Shown here piece by piece: positions 16,849 through 23,626 of a stretch of DNA of 24,043 bases; within the stretch, counting starts at the first letter, position 1; the number at the start of each line of letters is the position of its first letter. The stretch is taken from IMG/VR virus record IMGVR_UViG_3300032332_000119, positions 1 through 24,043 of that record. One strand, 5' to 3'. The stretch comes from a virus (Duplodnaviria; Caudoviricetes). Made by a program: the position numbers and the translations under genes. The notes under the pieces are model-generated. The model did no database searches. It saw only the letters and a program-made list of their open reading frames with translations, and was not told where the DNA came from.

Positions 16849-18528
16849 ATGGCAACCATTGAAGAACTTAGTTCGGCCTTGGTTAAGGCTGACGCAGCCG
16901 GTAACGCAGCAGATGCAAAAGCATTGGCTGATGCTATTCGTCAAATGCGAACTGCCACCCCCGCCACCTCATCCGAGATACCGGGGGCGCGTAGGTCTTT
17001 GTCTTCTCAAATTCCAACTGAGCCGGGTGCCAATCTTGCGCCTACACCACAAGCGCCTGTATCGTTGATTGACAAGATTTATGGCGCGGCTGAAGTGTTG
17101 CCTGCAATGGCTGGCGGCATGGTTGGTGGTGTTGTTGCACCAATTGCTCAACTTGGGTATGAATTGACGCAAGGCCAAGCCTTTACACCGCAAGGTAAAG
17201 CAGCAGCAGCGGAGTTTGGTAAGAAAGTACAAAGTCAGTTCTATCAACCACGAACTGAAAAAGGGCAAGAATACACGGCAGCCATTGGCAATGCTTTGGC
17301 ACCCATGATTGGCGTTCCCATTCCAACGCTAAATGCGCTTAGTCAGTCTGCGCCTGCTGCCGCCCGTGCCATTCGTGACGTTGGACGTAGTGAGGCTAAC
17401 CTCATTGGCGGTGCGATTGCCGCACCATTGGAAGCCCGTGCAGCCCGTATCCAAGAAGGGCGTGTTGCTCAAAGCTATGCCAATGCACCAATCATTGATG
17501 CCGCAAAAGCGGCTGAACGTCAAGGTTTGGCTGTCAATCCTGCGGTTACCAATCCTACGGCTGCAAATCGCGCAAAAGGCATGGTTGTTGGCCCAGCTTT
17601 TGATGAAACAGCAAACAAATACAACGCTGCTCAAGTAACCAATAATGTCAGAAAAGATTTAGGTGTTGCTGCCAATGAAAGATTGGATGCTAATGCAATT
17701 GATCGTGCATTAAAACAAGCAAGCGCTCCCTATGCCCCAATTCGAGAAATGCCTGTTTTGCAAGCTAGTGATGATGTTCTTTTATCCATTAAAGCATTGG
17801 ACAAACCAGCTACGTTAGGTGGCAAAGCACAAGCCAAAGTGGTTACCACATTGATTGATGATGTTGTGCAAGAATTGCAAGACGGTCGCAGTGGAACGCA
17901 AATTCTTGATGATATTCGTCAAATGCGACGACAAGCACAAAGTGTTTATAAAGCCCGTGATAGCGGAAGTAATCCACCGCCTGCTGAAGTAGCCCAAGCT
18001 GATGCTCGTATGGGAATTGCCAATGCACTTGAAAAACTTATTGATGAAAACGCGCCAAATCCGCAAACATTAAAAGAGTTTCAACAAGCACGGCAACGCA
18101 TGGCTCAAATTTATGACCATGAACGAGCCATTAACTTTGCCAATGAATCTATTGACCCGCAAGTTTACGCAAAATTGCTAGACGAACATAAAGGTAAAAT
18201 GACTGGTGTTGGTGCTGACATTGGTAAAGTTGCAGCCACATTTCCAAATTTAATGAGTACGCAAGCGCCTTCCGCACAAGTAATGCCTAAAGTCACAAGG
18301 TCTGGGGCATTGAGTGCAATAGGTGCTTTGGCTGGTGGTGCCGTCGCTGGTTATCCAGGCGCTATTGGCGGTGCTGGTCTTGGCGGTGCTGCTGGCTGGA
18401 TTGGAAGCCGAGCAGCCGCAAAAGGAATGATTTCTCCAGCATATCAATCTTCTCGGGCTATGCCAAAAGATTATCGAAACAATCTAGTTACCAATCAATC
18501 CCAAAACGCACTGGCAGAATCACCATGA
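16849..18528 (+). CDS. DNA ejection protein (gp16 position, 559 aa)
   Basis: Ala-rich helical with Gly-zipper hydrophobic segments (AMAGGMVGGVVAP; ALAGGAVAGYPGAIGGAGLGGAAGW); positional assignment. Confidence 0.65.
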   Translation: MATIEELSSALVKADAAGNAADAKALADAIRQMRTATPATSSEIPGARRSLSSQIPTEPGANLAPTPQAPVSLIDKIYGAAEVLPAMAGGMVGGVVAPIAQLGYELTQGQAFTPQGKAAAAEFGKKVQSQFYQPRTEKGQEYTAAIGNALAPMIGVPIPTLNALSQSAPAAARAIRDVGRSEANLIGGAIAAPLEARAARIQEGRVAQSYANAPIIDAAKAAERQGLAVNPAVTNPTAANRAKGMVVGPAFDETANKYNAAQVTNNVRKDLGVAANERLDANAIDRALKQASAPYAPIREMPVLQASDDVLLSIKALDKPATLGGKAQAKVVTTLIDDVVQELQDGRSGTQILDDIRQMRRQAQSVYKARDSGSNPPPAEVAQADARMGIANALEKLIDENAPNPQTLKEFQQARQRMAQIYDHERAINFANESIDPQVYAKLLDEHKGKMTGVGADIGKVAATFPNLMSTQAPSAQVMPKVTRSGALSAIGALAGGAVAGYPGAIGGAGLGGAAGWIGSRAAAKGMISPAYQSSRAMPKDYRNNLVTNQSQNALAESP

Positions 18529-18779
18529 CAGACGACGATTTTCGACGCCTTGAAAGCAAAGTTGACAAGCTGACAGACGCCGTTGGCAAGCTGATCTTGT
18601 TTGAGGAGCGTCAAGCAACTCAGGGCGAACGCATTGGCAACATCGAAATCAAGCTAGGCATCCATGATGCCTCTTTGCAGCGTATTGACCGCAAAATTGA
18701 CCAATGGGTCAATAGAGGTATGGGCGTCTGGGCTGCGGCTGCCGTTGTGTTTTCGCTTGTCCAGTTCTGGAAGAAATGA
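18525..18779 (+). CDS. Coiled-coil protein with C-terminal TM helix (XhlA-like/holin-associated, 84 aa)
   Basis: Heptad pattern followed by GMGVWAAAAVVFSLVQFWKK; ATGA-coupled to the endolysin. Confidence 0.7.
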   Translation: MTDDDFRRLESKVDKLTDAVGKLILFEERQATQGERIGNIEIKLGIHDASLQRIDRKIDQWVNRGMGVWAAAAVVFSLVQFWKK

Positions 18780-19231
18780 CACCGCACTTTAGCCTTGAAG
18801 AATTCACCGCCAGCGACACGGCGGCAAGGCTGGGAATTGACAACCGTTTGCCAGATGAATTGCGAGATGCCGCGCAACGTACCCTTGAAATGATGGAGCA
18901 AATTCGGTTCCACATTGACGCACCCATCACGATCACATCAGGATACCGCTGCGAGGCTCTAAATCGGGCTGTAGGCTCCAAACCTGGGTCTGACCATACA
19001 TTGGCCTTCGCTTGTGACTTCAAGGCTCCAAAGGCCGGTACGCCATTCCAGATTGCCGCAAGCCTAGCGCCCGTTATTAAGATCGTTGGCATCGGGCAGT
19101 TGATACTGGAATATGCCTCACCTAATGGTAGTGGCTGGGTTCACGTTAGCACCCGCATACCCGACAAGATCATCAATCGCGTTATCACCATTGACAAAGA
19201 CGGAACGAGGGCAGGGATATGGACCCCATAA
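18776..19231 (+). CDS. Endolysin, peptidase M15A family
   Basis: TPHFSLEEF, ITSGYRCEALNRAVG, SDH-x6-D Zn ligands and WVHVS. Confidence 0.9.
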   Translation: MTPHFSLEEFTASDTAARLGIDNRLPDELRDAAQRTLEMMEQIRFHIDAPITITSGYRCEALNRAVGSKPGSDHTLAFACDFKAPKAGTPFQIAASLAPVIKIVGIGQLILEYASPNGSGWVHVSTRIPDKIINRVITIDKDGTRAGIWTP

Positions 19232-19641
19232 CAATTCTTCTCGGCATTGGCTCCAAGGTCATTGACAAGATTTGGCCTGATCCTGCCCAACGTGACGCCG
19301 CCAAGTTGGAACTGCTAAAGATGCAGCAGTCTGGCGAGTTGGCTCAACTGAGCGCCGACACCAACTTGATGATTGAGCAAATCAAGGTAAACGCTGCCGA
19401 GGCTCAGAATCCCAGCCTGTTCGTGTCTGGATGGCGTCCAGGCGTGGGCTGGGTCTGCGTAGCTGCTTGTGGCTGGAACTGGATTGGCCTGCCAGTGGTC
19501 AAGCTGGCGTTGGAGATTGCTGGTCATCCAATAGCCCTATCACCGGCAGACTTAACCGAGATGCTGCCGATTTTGATGGGTATGCTCGGCTTAGGTGGCC
19601 TCAGAACCATCGAGAAGCTGCAGGGTCGTGCTGCGAAGTAG
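19219..19641 (+). CDS. Holin, 3-TM (GTA-holin-like) family
   Basis: IDKIWPDP...AKLELLK, SLFVSGWRPGVGWVC and LMGMLGLGGLRTIEK motifs; follows the endolysin. Confidence 0.85.
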   Translation: MDPITILLGIGSKVIDKIWPDPAQRDAAKLELLKMQQSGELAQLSADTNLMIEQIKVNAAEAQNPSLFVSGWRPGVGWVCVAACGWNWIGLPVVKLALEIAGHPIALSPADLTEMLPILMGMLGLGGLRTIEKLQGRAAK

Positions 19642-19776
19642 TTTCATGGCGTCTCGCAGGTCTTGCCGTAGCTGTTCAATCGCCTCGTCCTGCTGCTGAA
19701 GTTTGATGTAGGCATCTAGGGCAAACCTGTCCAGCGTTGTTCTTTGCCAAGCCGGGAAGTTCGGTTGATTGTTCAA
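19591..19776 (-). CDS. Hypothetical coiled-coil protein (61 aa)
   Basis: TTG start with SD AAGGA upstream; LQQQDEAIEQLRQDLRDAMKLL heptads. Confidence 0.65.
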   Translation of the reverse strand: MNNQPNFPAWQRTTLDRFALDAYIKLQQQDEAIEQLRQDLRDAMKLLRSTTLQLLDGSEAT

Positions 19777-19891
19777 TTTGATTCCTTATCCATTTTGGCC
19801 CACCAATTTGCAAAAGCCGGATACGTTGGCTATGCGTCAGTTTAATTGAATACACCACCGACAGTGGCTCTGGGGTTTTTGTATTTGTCAT
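19676..19891 (-). CDS. Small putative ribbon-helix-helix-like DNA-binding protein (71 aa)
   Basis: VVYSIKLTHSQRIRLLQIGGPKWIRNQIE: alternating beta strand, helix, Gly turn, helix. Confidence 0.55.
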   Translation of the reverse strand: MTNTKTPEPLSVVYSIKLTHSQRIRLLQIGGPKWIRNQIEQSTELPGLAKNNAGQVCPRCLHQTSAAGRGD

Positions 19892-19895
19892 AAAG

Positions 19896-19927
19896 TTGCT
19901 TTAATATTTGTGTGCAGCATATGCTGC
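19896..19927 (+). promoter_or_regulatory. Candidate sigma70 promoter overlapped by a perfect 14-bp palindrome
   Basis: TTGCTT (19896-19901), N18, TATGCT (19920-19925); GCAGCATATGCTGC palindrome at 19914-19927. Confidence 0.5.
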
Positions 19928-19952
19928 GTTTATTCACTAAAGGAATGAAAAC

Positions 19953-20135
19953 ATGAACATCAATCTCAATACCGGCTATGTCAACATTTCCATTTCGTCC
20001 GAGTACGAACTGAATCTGACCCATCTGCAAGACTTCCTGGAGTCGTTGATGGCTGACTATGAAGAAGTCCTTGACGATGAAGGCGAAGAAGAAGGCGAGT
20101 GGGAAGAAGGCGAAGAGGAAGAGGCCGCCGTCTAA
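19953..20135 (+). CDS. Highly acidic small protein (60 aa)
   Basis: SD AAAGGA; 20 Asp/Glu and no Lys/Arg; stop codon overlaps the convergent gene's stop. Confidence 0.75.
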   Translation: MNINLNTGYVNISISSEYELNLTHLQDFLESLMADYEEVLDDEGEEEGEWEEGEEEEAAV

Positions 20136-21298
20136 CTTGCAATCATCTCCGGCGTCACCGTATTCCGGGCAATCTGCCCATGCACCGAGGAATAGGTGAT
20201 GCTGGTGATTTGGCGGTCTGAAAGCCAGCCGTGCCTAGCCGAATAAGCATCCCGTGCCGCTAGAGTCGGGTGCTGGATAACAGTCATCCCATTGTGTTCT
20301 TTCTCTTCAACGTGGTGCCGGTGCCCAACGTGGCAATATCGCTTCTTGGTCAAGCCCCATACCTCGGGGTATTGGGCAGCAAACAGCAGCGGCAACGTGT
20401 CAATCTTTTTCAGGTGTCCGTGATGCCATGCCAGCATAGTTGAACCATGTCGGTAGGTGTAGTAGGGCAGGTCTGAGTCAATCATCTCAACGCGAGGCTC
20501 GTTCTCGTACAGCGCTTTGAACATATAGCGGAGCCACACACTGCTGGTCATGTCGTGATTGCCCTCGGCCATTAAAACGATTACTTTTTCGTGCTTGTGC
20601 AGCGCCTGGTCAATGACTTTACGTAAAATCAGGATTGCCACCTTGACCATCTTGCTGAAGCGGCCATCGGCGTCTAGGACGTGATGACTGGTGGGCGTAA
20701 CGGGACTCAACGAATCGTAGTGTAGAAAGTCGCCAAGCTGCGCGACCACACAAGTTGCGGCGTCCGGGCTGGCCCGAACAAGGCGCTCAAAACACTCCAC
20801 CAGTGTATTCTCGGCAATCTTCAAGTCCCAATCTGCGCCACCTTCTTTGTGCCACGCCAGCATACCGACATGGCTGTCGGTCAGGGTGTAAACATTGCAC
20901 AGGTCGGTGTTGAGCGGAGCCAAGTTGGATAGCACCAGGCTGGGCAGCCGGGGCAATTCAGCGCCCATTGCTTCCATTGCGGCACGGCGAAACTCTTCTT
21001 GCAGTTCATCGTCAATTTTGGACTTGACCCATTGACCCGTTGGTTTACCGTCTGCGTTGTAATAAGTGCTGACGCCCTTGACTTGAAAGCCTTCGGGGAC
21101 GGTGCGGGTCATGTCGTGTGCTGGGCTAAAACCTTTTCTGGCGGCTTTGAGTTCAAGGTTGCTGATTGCCCGTTGTATCGTTCTCACGTTGACGCCTAAC
21201 GCCCTAGCGGCTTGAGTGTGACCGCCATGCTCAAGATAAGCGTTCAGCATTTCCCGCTGTCGATCTGTGTCGCAATAATCAAGCAAAGATGCGTTCAT
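20132..21298 (-). CDS. N-terminal HTH plus calcineurin-like metallophosphoesterase (388 aa)
   Basis: HTH HTQAARALGVNVRTIQRAISNLE; metal motifs DSH, GDFLHYD, GNHD, HHGH, GHRHH. Confidence 0.85.
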   Translation of the reverse strand: MNASLLDYCDTDRQREMLNAYLEHGGHTQAARALGVNVRTIQRAISNLELKAARKGFSPAHDMTRTVPEGFQVKGVSTYYNADGKPTGQWVKSKIDDELQEEFRRAAMEAMGAELPRLPSLVLSNLAPLNTDLCNVYTLTDSHVGMLAWHKEGGADWDLKIAENTLVECFERLVRASPDAATCVVAQLGDFLHYDSLSPVTPTSHHVLDADGRFSKMVKVAILILRKVIDQALHKHEKVIVLMAEGNHDMTSSVWLRYMFKALYENEPRVEMIDSDLPYYTYRHGSTMLAWHHGHLKKIDTLPLLFAAQYPEVWGLTKKRYCHVGHRHHVEEKEHNGMTVIQHPTLAARDAYSARHGWLSDRQITSITYSSVHGQIARNTVTPEMIAS

Positions 21299-21332
21299 GT
21301 TTGACTTTCAGAGTTGCGCCATGCTATACATT

Positions 21333-21521
21333 TTAAGTGACTGTCTCATTACATGGCGGGAAATCAAAATAAGTGTAAATTTCCAACCAGATTGCATTGT
21401 CAATCTCATGCGTCAACACATCAATGCTGGGGTTATCCGTATGCTTATGTGCCCGGCGGATGCCCCTTGCAATGCCGGTTTCAATGCACTGCTCCAGAAT
21501 GACTTTGGACTTTGGAGTCAT
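21333..21521 (-). CDS. Hypothetical protein (62 aa, MTPKSKVILEQCIETG...)
   Basis: ATGA overlap with the upstream gene's stop and SD AAGGA support a start at 21521. Confidence 0.7.
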   Translation of the reverse strand: MTPKSKVILEQCIETGIARGIRRAHKHTDNPSIDVLTHEIDNAIWLEIYTYFDFPPCNETVT

Positions 21522-21763
21522 GGCCGTTTCCTTGGCAACGGTGCCCAATGCGTCCAGAATTGTGTCTCGCCAGGGCGGCTGTAATAGTGCCCCAGCATAG
21601 CAACACCAGAGCGACCCAGCAGCAAGACCTTGACCCCGGTGGGTGTGTCCTCGTCAATGGGCAGCCAATAGTAATCGGTTGCCACCGCCGCTGCGCGGGT
21701 GCTGTCGAGCTTGTACTGTTGCTCCCGCTCAATGCGCTCGAATTCGTCGTCTTCAGTAATCAT
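21518..21763 (-). CDS. DUF551-like hypothetical protein (81 aa)
   Basis: WLPIDEDTP.G.KVLL...THWAPLP pattern; SD GAGGAG. Confidence 0.7.
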   Translation of the reverse strand: MITEDDEFERIEREQQYKLDSTRAAAVATDYYWLPIDEDTPTGVKVLLLGRSGVAMLGHYYSRPGETQFWTHWAPLPRKRP

Positions 21764-21855
21764 AGCGGAGACTCCTCATGGTTGTTGGGGTTAAATGGAA
21801 CCGGCTTGTTGGGCGCGGGCTTGGGTAGCTCGGTGGGGAAGGGCCAGACGGTCAT
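21760..21855 (-). CDS. Pro-rich microprotein (31 aa, MTVWPFPTELPKPAPNKPVPFNPNNHEESPL)
   Basis: Translated by hand; SD AAGGAG; ATGA overlap with the next gene. Confidence 0.6.
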   Translation of the reverse strand: MTVWPFPTELPKPAPNKPVPFNPNNHEESPL

Positions 21856-21856
21856 G

Positions 21857-22162
21857 TGTTCTTCTCCTTCAGTTTGGCTTCAATAATTCTGAAGCCCTGC
21901 CCACGGGCTTTTCTGTCTTCCAGCAGATCGCCCAGAATCGTAGCCATCATTAAACCCAGCAGTCCAAGCTCTATCCCAAGCCTGACACCAGAGCTCGTAA
22001 TACTCCCGCTCAAGAGGGAAGCCTTGGCTAAACATCCCTGACTTCTTTACATCCTTGCGTTTGATGAAAGCCCCCCAAGCCTTGTCACAAGCTTGGTTGT
22101 GGATTGGAATATCATCCAACAATCCTTTAGGCATTGTTCTTCTCCTTCAGTTTGGCTTCAAT
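21857..22162. repeat. Exact 28-bp direct repeat (21857-21884 and 22135-22162)
   Basis: TGTTCTTCTCCTTCAGTTTGGCTTCAAT twice; on the - strand it encodes IEAKLKEKN and contains the SD AAGGAG. Confidence 0.9.
21880..22134 (-). CDS. Hypothetical protein (84 aa), C-terminus possibly frameshifted
   Basis: SD AAGGAG in the repeat; ends PWAGLQNY, with IEAKLKEKNT continuing out of frame. Confidence 0.65.
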   Translation of the reverse strand: MPKGLLDDIPIHNQACDKAWGAFIKRKDVKKSGMFSQGFPLEREYYELWCQAWDRAWTAGFNDGYDSGRSAGRQKSPWAGLQNY

Positions 22163-22753
22163 GGCACGGGCAAATGCTGTTACTGTTATTGCACCGTCTT
22201 TGGGCATCCTGTGCCAAATTTCCCAAATAACATCCTCCGTCAACGGCTTGCGCTGTGCTGCGGGTGGGGTGGTGTAAGGCCCACACAATGCGTAGACTGC
22301 GTTCTGCACAAGAGCGTCAGGATCGAAGTCTGTTTCCTGACCCCTTAGCGTTGCACCGCGCACCGCATAGCGAACAGAAGCAACAACAGCTTCACGCAAC
22401 GCATGAGTCAAGATAGGCTTTGGAAGATCAATTGGCTCGTACTCACCATCTCTGTATTCATTTGGCGCATAAAGCCAATGGTCATCAGGTAGCGGAAAAG
22501 ACATTACGCCAAAAGCGCTGCCATCCGGCAGAATGGTCACCGGCTCCTGCTCTGGCTGTGCATCAGCACTGTGTGCTTGTTGAGTTTGAAGGTGCATCAG
22601 CTTGAGTTGCAGTGATTCAATGTACTGGCGAATGTCTTCAATAAACTCTGGGTTTACGTGATAGCTCCACTTCTCTTTTTCTATCGAATACGCGCCATCT
22701 GCGTAAAACTTGCAGAATTGTTGTGCTTGGGCAATGCGTTTCAAAATGTCCAT
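22127..22753 (-). CDS. Modular hypothetical protein (208 aa)
   Basis: TAATG-coupled; contains QPEQEPV, YTTPPAAQRKPLT and FARAIEAKLKEKN modules. Confidence 0.75.
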   Translation of the reverse strand: MDILKRIAQAQQFCKFYADGAYSIEKEKWSYHVNPEFIEDIRQYIESLQLKLMHLQTQQAHSADAQPEQEPVTILPDGSAFGVMSFPLPDDHWLYAPNEYRDGEYEPIDLPKPILTHALREAVVASVRYAVRGATLRGQETDFDPDALVQNAVYALCGPYTTPPAAQRKPLTEDVIWEIWHRMPKDGAITVTAFARAIEAKLKEKNNA

Positions 22754-22928
22754 TATGTGTTGTCCTTTAGTGCGTAAAGTGATCTTGCTCGATCTGGGCG
22801 CATTCCATTTATTACATCTCCGTTAGAACACCTCCACGAGCCGTCTGGATAATGGTATTGATACTCAACCGGATTAGGGTTGTATGGAGACTCCACCGGC
22901 TCCTGCTCTGGCTGTGCTGCGGGTGGGG
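22252..22928. repeat. Exact 18-bp direct repeat (22252-22269 and 22911-22928)
   Basis: GCTGTGCTGCGGGTGGGG, each followed by NN-GTGTAA; encodes YTxPPAAQ on the - strand. Confidence 0.85.
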
Positions 22929-23055
22929 AAGTGTAAAGCTTCATTTTTTCCATCTCCATTGCCACAGCAATCGCCTTTAGATTCCCGCCCCACAGCATAT
23001 TCATGGTGTCAGCAACTTCTCTATATGTAACTGATACCGGCTCCTGCTCTGGCTG
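22538..23055. repeat. Three-copy direct repeat (22538-22561, 22894-22917, 20-bp core at 23036-23055)
   Basis: CACCGGCTCCTGCTCTGGCTGTGC identical twice, core ACCGGCTCCTGCTCTGGCTG three times; encodes QPEQEPV. Confidence 0.9.
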
Positions 23056-23199
23056 CTCCAGTGCGGTGCGGAGTGCTTTGGTAGCCGCAGTAACCTCGTT
23101 TTCCAGTTCGTCAACGTAACCCCTCTCTGGGTTGATGTTTCCGCTTGCGCTCTCCAGCGCCTCCAGCGCCTGCTGCGCGGCTTGTCTTAAGTCAGTCAT
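22753..23199 (-). CDS. Modular hypothetical protein (148 aa, MTDLRQAAQQALEALE...)
   Basis: Likely start 23199 by TGATG overlap; two QPEQEPV modules and LYTSPPAAQ. Confidence 0.75.
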   Translation of the reverse strand: MTDLRQAAQQALEALESASGNINPERGYVDELENEVTAATKALRTALEQPEQEPVSVTYREVADTMNMLWGGNLKAIAVAMEMEKMKLYTSPPAAQPEQEPVESPYNPNPVEYQYHYPDGSWRCSNGDVINGMRPDRARSLYALKDNT

Positions 23200-23336
23200 C
23201 ACATCCCCCAGTAAGAATAGGCCATACCCAGTAGGCCGGACACAGTGATGCAGATCGCCACAAGACATATGGCAAGGTAAAGGTCATGCAACAGGGCAGT
23301 CCAACTGCCGTGAGCTTTGTCGTCTTCGTCGTTCAT
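23199..23336 (-). CDS. Single-TM microprotein (45 aa, MNDEDDKAHGSWTALLHDLYLAICLVAICITVSGLLGMAYSYWGM)
   Basis: Translated by hand; SD AAGGAG, ATGA overlap upstream and TGATG overlap downstream. Confidence 0.7.
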   Translation of the reverse strand: MNDEDDKAHGSWTALLHDLYLAICLVAICITVSGLLGMAYSYWGM

Positions 23337-23623
23337 TTGGTTTCTCCTTCTGCTTTAGCTATGGCGGCTTGCACTATCGCCCACGCATGAGGCGGGATGC
23401 TGCTGTCGTCGTTTTCCAAGTTCTGAAGTGCCGCCAGCAGTTCATCTTTTGTTTCAAGCATTGCGTTGCTTATCAAAACTTCTTCTCTCAAATCAGATTT
23501 AAGCTGTTGCACTTCAAGGTGCAACCGGCGCAGTTCGGCGGCGGCTTTGCACATTCCACTGTAGCTGATTTCTCCGCATTCAAGTCGATCAGCCAGCCGC
23601 AAGGCTTCTGGTTGTGTTGTCAT
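23333..23623 (-). CDS. Hypothetical coiled-coil protein (96 aa)
   Basis: QPEALRLADRLE, AAAELRRLH and ELLAAL...AAIAKAEGE; SD GGAGG. Confidence 0.75.
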   Translation of the reverse strand: MTTQPEALRLADRLECGEISYSGMCKAAAELRRLHLEVQQLKSDLREEVLISNAMLETKDELLAALQNLENDDSSIPPHAWAIVQAAIAKAEGETK

Positions 23624-23626
23624 TTC

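Noticed and set aside
19431-19706. Alternate-frame ORF inside the holin as an embedded Rz1-like lipoprotein
   Set aside because: No hydrophobic signal peptide before its Cys, so no credible lipobox.
21857-23055. Direct repeats as a CRISPR array or DGR template/variable repeat
   Set aside because: Spacing is irregular (hundreds of bp) and the repeats are in-frame coding. There are no adenine-specific mismatches and no cas or reverse transcriptase gene in the window.
23152-23170. CTCCAGCGC tandem repeat
   Set aside because: Explained by the ALEALE peptide; only two units.
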